Shown: piece by piece, positions 56,514 to 64,000 of the stretch
Layout: every line of letters begins with the position of its first letter
How positions within the stretch are numbered: the stretch's first letter is position 1
Assembly (NCBI GenBank): GCA_024277525.1
Contig: JAJRUZ010000058.1
Coordinates: forward strand, 2,767-66,766
Reading direction: 5' to 3'
DNA: 64,000 bases
DNA from: a candidate division WOR-3 bacterium
GTDB lineage: Bacteria > Hydrothermota > Hydrothermia > Hydrothermales > JAJRUZ01
Program-made: the position numbers and the translations under genes
The notes under the pieces: generated by a model
Database searches by the model: none
Told to the model about the DNA's origin: nothing
What the model saw: only the letters and a program-made list of their open reading frames with translations

Positions 56514-58510
56514 TATTATTTTTTCTCCTTACAAAACCGATAAAATTCTATGCGGATTCTTTGTTTTACGACGGAAAGAACAAAATTCTCTATCTTTATA
56601 AAAATGTAAGAATAGAATACGAAAACATCACACTTTTTTCCGATACCCTCTTATTTTATTATGAGAAGGACCTAATATATGCATTCGGAAACGCAAAGCT
56701 GAAAGCAGGAAAAGATTCTTTAAAAGGAGATAAAATCATTTATAATACAAAAACACAAAAAGGAAAAGCAGTTAAGGGCAAAACAAAAGTTGAAAAGGGT
56801 TTTTTATGGGCTGAGGAAATATTCAGGGTGGATAAAAATATATTAAAAGCATATAAAGGACATTATACAACCTGTGATTTGAATCCTCCCCATTATTATT
56901 TTGTTGCGGAAAAGATAAAAATAATACCCAAAAAAGACATAATTGCCGAACCCGTTTTTTTATTTATAAAAGATTTTCCCGTTCTGGGTCTTCCTTTCTG
57001 GATTTTTCCTGCTACAAAGAAAAGAAAATCTGGTTTTTTATCTCCCAGACCGGGTAGAAATTCGCGTCTCGGACTTTATATCAAAAACCTCGCATATTAC
57101 TGGGCTATAAATCCCTATATGGACTATACAATCGGTTTTGATTTATATGAAAGAAAGGGCATAACCTTTTTAAGCAACTTTGTGTACAGAAAATATAAAT
57201 TACTCGAAGGAAATATAAAAGGAACCTTTACAAGGGAAATAGAACCAAAAAGGGAAAGATGGAGTATCAACGGAATTCATTCTCAAAATATGCCCTTTGG
57301 AGCAAGATTACAGGCAAAACTTGATTTTATTTCCGACCAAAAATATGCAACCGACTATTCGGAATACAGACCTCAAAGATTGAAAAATGAAGCCTATTCC
57401 TATGTTGCATTATCAAAGAATTTCAAAATTCTTTCTTTTAATCTCATGGCTGATTACCGGGATAATTATCTAACAAAAACAAAGGAAATGACGGTTTATA
57501 ACATCGGGCTTAATTTTTACGGAAAATCCATCGGACCTTTACGTGTTTCAGGTTCTGCGACGGTTTTAAGAAAGATAAAAAAGGATACACTGGGAAAAAA
57601 AGAAATAAAAAATGGAAACCTGAATGAGGGAATTCTAATGCAGAATACTTTATTTAATTTTTTTGTCGTAGAGACCAAGGTTTCAGCAACACAAACAATT
57701 TATCCCGAAGATACTCTTTCCAATAAATTCCCTGTGCAGCATTCACTTTTATTCAGTCTCACATCCGCAATTACCTTTTACGGAACTTCAATTATAAAAC
57801 CTCCCTTTTTTGATAAATTTTATCATTTTGCAACGCTTAATTTCGGATATTCATATTCACCCGGCTTTAAATCGCTCCATTTGGAAGGTTCACAGCCGAA
57901 AAACCCTTCTTCAAGTTTGAACTTCACATTAAAGAATGATTATTTTGCAAAAAAAGAAAAGAATAAATATCCCCTTTTAAATTTTTCAATTTCAGGGAAT
58001 TATGATTTTTTAAAAAAAGAAAAAAAGTTATCAAATCTCGGCATCAATTTTACGATTCCGCTTCCGAAAGGATTTTCCGGAGGAGGAAGAGCGGTTTATA
58101 ATCCTTATTCAGGGAAAATAGAACAGTCTTTTTTCAGGTTATCCTTTAATTTTCCTTTATTTTTAACGGATATTTTATTGCCCTCCTCCAAAAAGTTAAA
58201 TTCAAACGGAACATGGGTATATTCAAAGAGACCGGAAAAGGAGGATGTGTCTTTCAGTGGTTCAATTTCCGGAAATATAACCGAGAACTGGAGTTTTTCT
58301 TATAATTTTGTATATTCCGGTGAAGAGAAAAGAATTACCTCACAGAATCTTGTTTTGAATAGAAATTTACACTGTTTTTCCCTTCAGATAAGATGGTCAA
58401 GGACTATGAAATTCTGGGATTATCAATTTAGAATATGGATTAAAGAGCTTCCTGATTTAAAAATTGAAAGGAACTTTTTTGAGACAATTTTACCTTCACT
58501 TCAGGAGTAA
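56504..58510 (+). CDS. lptD: LPS-assembly protein LptD (OstA) homolog
   Basis: 668 aa. OstA-like N-terminal beta-jellyroll (DSLFYDGKNKILYLYKNVRIEY...), motifs TTCDLNPPHYYF, RKSGFLSPRPG and YYWAINPYMD, and a long beta-barrel. Confidence 0.7.
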   Translation: MGLILFFLLTKPIKFYADSLFYDGKNKILYLYKNVRIEYENITLFSDTLLFYYEKDLIYAFGNAKLKAGKDSLKGDKIIYNTKTQKGKAVKGKTKVEKGFLWAEEIFRVDKNILKAYKGHYTTCDLNPPHYYFVAEKIKIIPKKDIIAEPVFLFIKDFPVLGLPFWIFPATKKRKSGFLSPRPGRNSRLGLYIKNLAYYWAINPYMDYTIGFDLYERKGITFLSNFVYRKYKLLEGNIKGTFTREIEPKRERWSINGIHSQNMPFGARLQAKLDFISDQKYATDYSEYRPQRLKNEAYSYVALSKNFKILSFNLMADYRDNYLTKTKEMTVYNIGLNFYGKSIGPLRVSGSATVLRKIKKDTLGKKEIKNGNLNEGILMQNTLFNFFVVETKVSATQTIYPEDTLSNKFPVQHSLLFSLTSAITFYGTSIIKPPFFDKFYHFATLNFGYSYSPGFKSLHLEGSQPKNPSSSLNFTLKNDYFAKKEKNKYPLLNFSISGNYDFLKKEKKLSNLGINFTIPLPKGFSGGGRAVYNPYSGKIEQSFFRLSFNFPLFLTDILLPSSKKLNSNGTWVYSKRPEKEDVSFSGSISGNITENWSFSYNFVYSGEEKRITSQNLVLNRNLHCFSLQIRWSRTMKFWDYQFRIWIKELPDLKIERNFFETILPSLQE

Positions 58511-58524
58511 TATAGAATTTAAAA

Positions 58525-59448
58525 ATGAAAATATTAACCGCCGGAATTGACATAGGGGGAACCAGGGTTAAACTTTGCCTTTTTGACGGAAATAAATTTT
58601 TTGATGAAAAAATATTTGAAATAAACCCTGAAGAGGATTTTTTGACAGGTATAATTGAATATCTTAATGGCATAGAAGAACTTGAAGGTGTGGGTTTCGG
58701 AATTCCCGGTGTTATTGAAGATGGCAAAATTCTGAAATTTGCCCCGAATCTCCCGTTTCTTTTCGGAAAAAACCTTGAAAAAGAAATAAAAGAAAAACTG
58801 AAGGTGAAAAATGTTTATTTTGATAATGATTGTCATATGAATGCCTACGGTGAATGGAAACTCGGAAAAGCAAAGGGTCTTGAATGTTTTATTTTTTTAA
58901 CACTCGGAACAGGGGTCGGTGGTGCTGTTTTTATTGAAAAAAAACTCTTCAGGGGTTATAAGAATCTGGGAGCAGAATTCGGACATATAACTGTTGACCC
59001 CGAAGGACCCGTTTGCAATTGCGGAAACAGGGGGTGTCTTGAAAGTTATGCATCAAAAAACGGTATAAGGAATTTTTTGTTTAAAAAGAAAAAAGAAGGA
59101 GCCCAGCATTTTTTAACAAAAAATCCCGAGAAGGTTGAACCCGAAGTTGTTTATAAATTTGCAAAAAACGGGGACTTGCTTGCCCTTGAATGCTTTAAAT
59201 ATATAGGCTGGGCTTTAGGCATTGCCTTATCCGATTTTGCAAAGGTTTTTTCACCTCAGAAGTTTATTATCGGTGGCGGAATTGCAAATGCCTTTGAAAT
59301 TTTTTATCCCTATATTCTTGAGGAATACTCCCAAAGGGTTCCTTCATATCTTTTAAATATACCCGTTGAAAAAGCAGAACTCTCGGACAAAGCAGGTATG
59401 TACGGTGCCTGCCTTTATGCCTATGATAGAGTTTCTGAAAAAAAATAA
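58525..59448 (+). CDS. ROK family sugar kinase (glucokinase-like)
   Basis: 307 aa. GIDIGGTRVKL ATP motif and the ROK zinc motif CNCGNRGCLE. Confidence 0.85.
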   Translation: MKILTAGIDIGGTRVKLCLFDGNKFFDEKIFEINPEEDFLTGIIEYLNGIEELEGVGFGIPGVIEDGKILKFAPNLPFLFGKNLEKEIKEKLKVKNVYFDNDCHMNAYGEWKLGKAKGLECFIFLTLGTGVGGAVFIEKKLFRGYKNLGAEFGHITVDPEGPVCNCGNRGCLESYASKNGIRNFLFKKKKEGAQHFLTKNPEKVEPEVVYKFAKNGDLLALECFKYIGWALGIALSDFAKVFSPQKFIIGGGIANAFEIFYPYILEEYSQRVPSYLLNIPVEKAELSDKAGMYGACLYAYDRVSEKK

Positions 59449-60907
59449 AATTTCATTTTTAATCATTTTTCTTATTTTTATTTTCGGAATTATATTCATA
59501 AACAAATATCCTCATTCAATTTTCCATCCCACAAGTGATACCTATGAATATGCCGATATAGCAAGAAATCTTTTGAAATATAAAAAATTTGTTGTTCATA
59601 ATGTTTATTCGTTACAGCTTGCCTTTGATTTTTCAAGAAAAACTCCTCCCCCTTCAATACTCAGAATGCCCATGTATCCGATTGCAATTTCATTTTTCTT
59701 CAAGATATTCGGTATATCCGATAAATCTATCCTTCTGTGCAGTTTTACATTCTACATCCTCTCAGGAATACTTCTGATTATATTTTTGGGTAAATTCAAT
59801 ATTGATGAAAAGATAAAAATTCTTACCCTTTTATTTTTTATACTTAATCCTATATTTGTGAATCTCACTTTTCGCGGTCTTTCGGAATCCTTTGCGGTTT
59901 TTCTTTTTCTTCTTTTTCTGATTTTTTTATTTCATGCGAGAACTTTTTCTGATTTTTTTATTTCAGGTCTTTTTCTCGGACTTTTCACTCTTACAAGATA
60001 TTATATATCTCTTTTATTTTTAATCCCTGTTTCTTATTGTTTTTATAAAAAAGAAACCCCAAAAAGAGAAATTTTTTTATTTTTAATCGGTGTTTTTTTG
60101 CCACTTTTACCTTGGTTTTTCAGGATGTATAAAATAACAGGAAATCCCTTTTTCTCCCTTGCCTTTTATTCCTTAGATGGATATGAAAGGGTCAATATTC
60201 CGTATATAACCTCCTGTTCAAATATATTCAGAAACTTTTTAGGATTTATTGATAAAAAACTTGATTCTTTAATGTTTTATCTCAAAACGCTCGGGAATAT
60301 AACTCCTTTTTATTTTATGCCGTTTGCCATTATTTATATCTTCTCAAAAAAGGATGAAAGTTTAAAAAATCTATCCGATTTCTTTTTCATCTCTCTTGTC
60401 ATATTTTCAATCCTTTACGGAGTTATAAATCCTGAGCACAGATTCCTTTTTTATCTTTCCTTTTTTGTTATTTTATTTTCCCTTATGTTTCTGAAAGATT
60501 ACGGGAAATTTTTTAATTTTTTTGTTATTTTTACCCTGTTTCTTGTAATTCATGAGGACAGAAAAATATTAAGGGAAGCTGTCAAAAGAAATAAAAATTA
60601 TTTCAAAAGTGAAAAGGTGTTTGAGGAAATAAAAGAACTCACAAAAGAGGATGAATTCATTATTACAAATTCTGATGCTCTTCTCGGGTTTTACACCGAG
60701 CGTTCATGTATTTTCCCTTTAACATACAAAAGGGATTACGAATATCTCTTTAAGATAGTCCCTGTTCAGGGTTTTTTCATTTATAGGGGAAGATTCAAAT
60801 TGTTTTATATGAAATATAATTTTAAGGACATAAAAAAAATTATTGAAAAAGAATTTGCTTTTAAGAAGAAATTCCGGGATGGTTCCCTGATATATTTAAG
60901 AAAATAA
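59417..60907 (+). CDS. Polytopic membrane glycosyltransferase-like protein (GT39/GT83, ArnT/PMT-like)
   Basis: About 497 aa from the MPMIEF start (the ORF-track start at 59366 overlaps the ROK gene). About 11 TM helices. N-terminal periplasmic-loop motif resembles the acidic DE/DY loop of GT-C enzymes (PTSDTYEYADIARNL). Confidence 0.45.
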   Translation: MPMIEFLKKNKISFLIIFLIFIFGIIFINKYPHSIFHPTSDTYEYADIARNLLKYKKFVVHNVYSLQLAFDFSRKTPPPSILRMPMYPIAISFFFKIFGISDKSILLCSFTFYILSGILLIIFLGKFNIDEKIKILTLLFFILNPIFVNLTFRGLSESFAVFLFLLFLIFLFHARTFSDFFISGLFLGLFTLTRYYISLLFLIPVSYCFYKKETPKREIFLFLIGVFLPLLPWFFRMYKITGNPFFSLAFYSLDGYERVNIPYITSCSNIFRNFLGFIDKKLDSLMFYLKTLGNITPFYFMPFAIIYIFSKKDESLKNLSDFFFISLVIFSILYGVINPEHRFLFYLSFFVILFSLMFLKDYGKFFNFFVIFTLFLVIHEDRKILREAVKRNKNYFKSEKVFEEIKELTKEDEFIITNSDALLGFYTERSCIFPLTYKRDYEYLFKIVPVQGFFIYRGRFKLFYMKYNFKDIKKIIEKEFAFKKKFRDGSLIYLRK

Positions 60908-62040
60908 TGAGAAAGATTTTTCCTAAATTTATCATAACTTTTGTTATATTGATAGATTTTGTATGGATTATGAAATACAGAGATACCCTGTTTTTAATGG
61001 ATTTTGCTCCGAGATATGTTGGTGTAATTTTTTTTAAAGAAGGAAAATTTGAAGAAGCATATTTCACAGATAAAAATACAGGATTTTCAAATTCCGAAAT
61101 ATTTTTAAAAGAACTAAATAAAAGGGGTTATAATTTAGATTGGACAAATTCTTACGGTTATTTTCCTTTTACCGTTTTTTTATTTTTACCCTTTACAATT
61201 TTCAGTCTAAAAATAGGGGGACTGCTTTTTCTGGTGATTATTATTTTAATTTTTTTATATGCTTTATATTTTCTCAAGAAAAATTTAAACATTGATTTTC
61301 CGGAAAGTTTATTTTTTTCTTTAATTCTCATCTCAACCCCTTTCAGACAATGTGCATTAACAGGTAATCCTGAATTCTTAGTTGTTGCCTTTCTGGTCTT
61401 TTCTTTGTTCTTCTCTCCCTTTTTATCAGGTCTCCTTCTCTCAATTGCAATCCTTATTAAACCCCATTCCATTTTTCTGCTTCCTTATTTTTTACTAAAA
61501 AAAGATAGAATCAAAACATTTTTATGTACTCTTATATTTATAATAATTGAAATATCTTTAAGTTTTCTTATTTTCGGATATAAAGTTATCTTTTTATATT
61601 TTGATAGTCTTCTTTTAGTTATTAAGGGTTTTAAAGATTATGCCACTGCTTACAACTTCTTTCATTCTTTTATCGGTAAAGATTATGCATTTTTATTTTA
61701 TGTTTTTATTTTTATTATTTCAGTTTTACCTTTTATCCTTCTTTTAAAAAAACATGTTAATTTTCTCATAGAATCAGGGATTTTTCTTACTGTCTCTTTA
61801 ATTTTTGTCCCGCTTTTCCAACCCTATTATATTTTAAGACTTTTCCCGTATTTCGGTTTAATATTTGTTGATAAAAATGTATTAACAAAATATTTTATAA
61901 TTCCCATTTTATTTCTCATATCTCTGATACCTTACAGCATCATAAAAGTGTTTCCATGGACTTATGCACTTTCTTTCTTAGGCATTTATGTTGTTTCTCT
62001 GGTATATATAAATAAATATGGAACTGAAAAAATTACTTGA
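60907..62040 (+). CDS. Polytopic membrane protein (GT87/DUF2029-like)
   Basis: 377 aa with 10 or more TM helices. Coupled to the upstream GT-C-like gene (stop and start overlap). Confidence 0.35.
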   Translation: MRKIFPKFIITFVILIDFVWIMKYRDTLFLMDFAPRYVGVIFFKEGKFEEAYFTDKNTGFSNSEIFLKELNKRGYNLDWTNSYGYFPFTVFLFLPFTIFSLKIGGLLFLVIIILIFLYALYFLKKNLNIDFPESLFFSLILISTPFRQCALTGNPEFLVVAFLVFSLFFSPFLSGLLLSIAILIKPHSIFLLPYFLLKKDRIKTFLCTLIFIIIEISLSFLIFGYKVIFLYFDSLLLVIKGFKDYATAYNFFHSFIGKDYAFLFYVFIFIISVLPFILLLKKHVNFLIESGIFLTVSLIFVPLFQPYYILRLFPYFGLIFVDKNVLTKYFIIPILFLISLIPYSIIKVFPWTYALSFLGIYVVSLVYINKYGTEKIT

Positions 62041-63709
62041 ACAAATAAATAAAAAAGGATACTCAAATTACAAAAAACTTGAAAATAAAAGATTTGTAAT
62101 TTCCTTTTTTGAAATACATTTTGACCATATCCAACCCGACCCCTTTGCTCCTGGTTCAAGGGTAAGGATAAGGGTTCCTCAGAAAGTTGCAAATTTTCCT
62201 TATGATACCTTTAAAAACAAATCAAGGGAAATTGCCTTAAAGGATTTTCTTTTAAGAAATTTTCTGAAAGTTTCAAAAAAATATTCTTTAAATATGGGAG
62301 AAGGAAAATCAGGGAAGATATATGCCTATACTCCTTCACAGGAGATTCTTGATAGAACATGTTGCATGATTAATAAAGATTTTGTTGAATTCAGATTTTT
62401 TGTCGGGCTTCCATCAAGGGGAAGGAGAATTCTGGGTAATGAGGCAGTAAAAATCTTTTATAAATTTTTACCCGAGATAACTGAAAAATGTTTTATTTTT
62501 AAAAACCTTGATAGAAGAGAATTATACAAATGGGTGGAAACAAATGAGGATGCGGATTATATAAGAAGAAAATTATCCGAACTCGGTCTTGTAACCTTTA
62601 TTGCGGATGGCAGTATCCTTCCCAGAAGAAGCGGAATAGATGACAGACCCCTTGAATCAGCGATACCTTTTAAATCTCCTGATAGTTTAAGAATTAAAAT
62701 CAGAGTTCCGAACAGGGGAGAAATAACAGGAACGGGAATAAAAAAGGGTATAACGCTTATTGTCGGAGGAGGATTTCACGGGAAATCTACGCTTTTAAGG
62801 GCAATTGAAAGGGGAGTTTATAATCATATCCCGGGTGATGGAAGGGAATTTGTTATAACCATAAAAAATGCAATTAAAATAAGGGCGGAGGATGGAAGAA
62901 GTGTTAAAGGTGTTGATATATCGCCCTTTATAAATAATCTTCCGCAGGGAATGGATACAGAAAATTTTTCAACCGACAATGCAAGCGGTTCAACATCACA
63001 GGCTGCAAACATAATAGAGGCAATTGAAGCAGGAGCAAAACTTCTATTAATAGATGAGGATACATCTGCGACAAATTTCATGATAAGGGATGAAAGAATG
63101 CAGAGATTAATAAATAAAGAAAATGAGCCCATAACGCCTTTTATTGACAAGGTCAAATTGCTTTACAGAGATTATGATGTTTCAACAATTCTTGTAATGG
63201 GGGGGTCGGGTGATTATTTTGATGTTGCGGATACGGTAATAGGGATGTTTGAGTATATCCCGAGAGATTTGACATCAGAAAAAGATAAAATTGTAAAAGA
63301 ATTTCCCCTCTCAAGGAAATCTGAGGGAGGGGATAAATTCGGGGTTATAAGGAAAAGGGTTCCTTTAAGAAAAGGATTGAATCCCGAGAAAAAAAGCGGA
63401 AAAATTAATATAAAGATAAAGGGTAAAAATAAAATAATTTTCGGAAGAGAGGAGATAGATTTAACCTATGTGGAGCAGATTGTTGAGGAAGGGCAGACAA
63501 GAGCAATTGCTTATGCAATTTTCAACATTCTTAGATACATTGATGGAAAAAGGGCTTTAAAAGAGATATTTGAAATTTTAGAAAAGGAGATAAAAAATAA
63601 AGGACTTGAATCACTTTCCCTTTATAAAAACCCTCCTGATTTATCCGAATTCCGAATAATAGACTTCGCCTTTGCTTTCAACAGGATGAGGGGACTGGAG
63701 GTGAGATAA
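62018..63709 (+). CDS. ABC-ATPase domain protein (predicted ATPase of the ABC class family)
   Basis: 563 aa. Walker-A-like GGGFHGKSTLLRAIERG in the middle of the protein. Overall size and motif placement match the ABC_ATPase family. Confidence 0.55.
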   Translation: MELKKLLEQINKKGYSNYKKLENKRFVISFFEIHFDHIQPDPFAPGSRVRIRVPQKVANFPYDTFKNKSREIALKDFLLRNFLKVSKKYSLNMGEGKSGKIYAYTPSQEILDRTCCMINKDFVEFRFFVGLPSRGRRILGNEAVKIFYKFLPEITEKCFIFKNLDRRELYKWVETNEDADYIRRKLSELGLVTFIADGSILPRRSGIDDRPLESAIPFKSPDSLRIKIRVPNRGEITGTGIKKGITLIVGGGFHGKSTLLRAIERGVYNHIPGDGREFVITIKNAIKIRAEDGRSVKGVDISPFINNLPQGMDTENFSTDNASGSTSQAANIIEAIEAGAKLLLIDEDTSATNFMIRDERMQRLINKENEPITPFIDKVKLLYRDYDVSTILVMGGSGDYFDVADTVIGMFEYIPRDLTSEKDKIVKEFPLSRKSEGGDKFGVIRKRVPLRKGLNPEKKSGKINIKIKGKNKIIFGREEIDLTYVEQIVEEGQTRAIAYAIFNILRYIDGKRALKEIFEILEKEIKNKGLESLSLYKNPPDLSEFRIIDFAFAFNRMRGLEVR

Positions 63710-63803
63710 TGAGTTTAAATAAGTCATTCCTGCGGAATTGTTTGAAAAGAATTGAAATTTAGTGTAGAATGATGTTAAAATTTATCATATATCAGGAGAA
63801 AAT

Positions 63804-64000
63804 GATGAAAAAAATTAAATTTGATAATATACGTATGGTTCTGTTCAGTCCGGGTATTGTAATAATGAATAAACTGGAAGTTGCTCATAATATTAATAAG
63901 GTGTTATCCTTTCTTTTTGATGGTGATCCTGTAATTGTCCCACTTTCAGAAGATGCTCCTTCCGAACTCCCGCGAATTCAGCTAAACTCGAAAAAGGGAA
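63804..64000 (+). CDS. Hypothetical protein, partial (runs off the window end)
   Basis: ATGATG start at 63804. Open to the end of the window (MMKKIKFDNIRMVLFSPGIVIMNKLEVAHNINK...). Confidence 0.3.

Noticed and set aside
1-64000. Looked for CRISPR arrays or other long direct-repeat arrays
   Set aside because: No regularly spaced direct repeats were found. A/T homopolymer-rich stretches are low-complexity, not arrays. The only strong periodicity is the in-frame protein repeat at 47416-49660.

Overview
The window is AT-rich (about 30% GC) and densely packed with bacterial coding sequence: about 55 CDSs and one tRNA-Gly(CCC). The organism is probably an uncultivated FCB-superphylum-like lineage, because three proteins end in type IX secretion (T9SS) C-terminal sorting domains and a DUF1573 protein is present. 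No CRISPR array or rRNA is present.

Main blocks, in order:
- 636-5687: sat, an AlkP-family phosphodiesterase, a DHS-like protein, an epimerase and trmI.
- 5788-7080: a ThiS-fused radical SAM enzyme.
- 7158-16118: thiolase, SurA-like PPIase, S4 domain protein, a T9SS cargo protein, a hypothetical protein, an MTH1187-family protein, an aminotransferase, a GT4 glycosyltransferase and an MFS transporter.
- 16118-20166: topA, then a membrane-GAF-MCP sensor interrupted by an in-frame stop.
- 20153-23502: Gfo/Idh/MocA oxidoreductase, lnt, and a zinc-ribbon methyltransferase.
- 23610-27261: a glycosyltransferase / O-antigen-ligase-like cluster with the tRNA-Gly gene embedded in it.
- 27258-32473: FAD oxidoreductase, methionine gamma-lyase family, methylmalonyl-CoA mutase catalytic subunit, biotin carrier and an SPFH protein.
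- 32513-37102: pilMNOP followed directly by glmS.
- 37244-39299: Fe-alcohol dehydrogenase and an M28 peptidase.
- 39349-50892: the most unusual block, a candidate surface/secretion module. It contains an S8 protease with a T9SS sorting domain, a DUF1573 protein, a 12-TM plus TPR membrane protein, and a chimeric regulator (IS630-transposase HTH, TPR, SARP-like wHTH/BTAD). The regulator is divergently transcribed from a 1232-aa T9SS cargo protein with about 14 tandem propeller-like repeats.
- 50949-63709: htpX, an OPT transporter, a type II R-M pair, accD, lptD, a ROK kinase, two polytopic glycosyltransferase-like proteins and an ABC-ATPase protein.

Caveat: at least four genes (lnt, Fe-ADH, M28 peptidase, DNA methyltransferase) are broken at homopolymer runs, and topA lacks a canonical start next to a homopolymer. 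This points to homopolymer-length assembly errors rather than real pseudogenes, so every split gene here should be read with that in mind.
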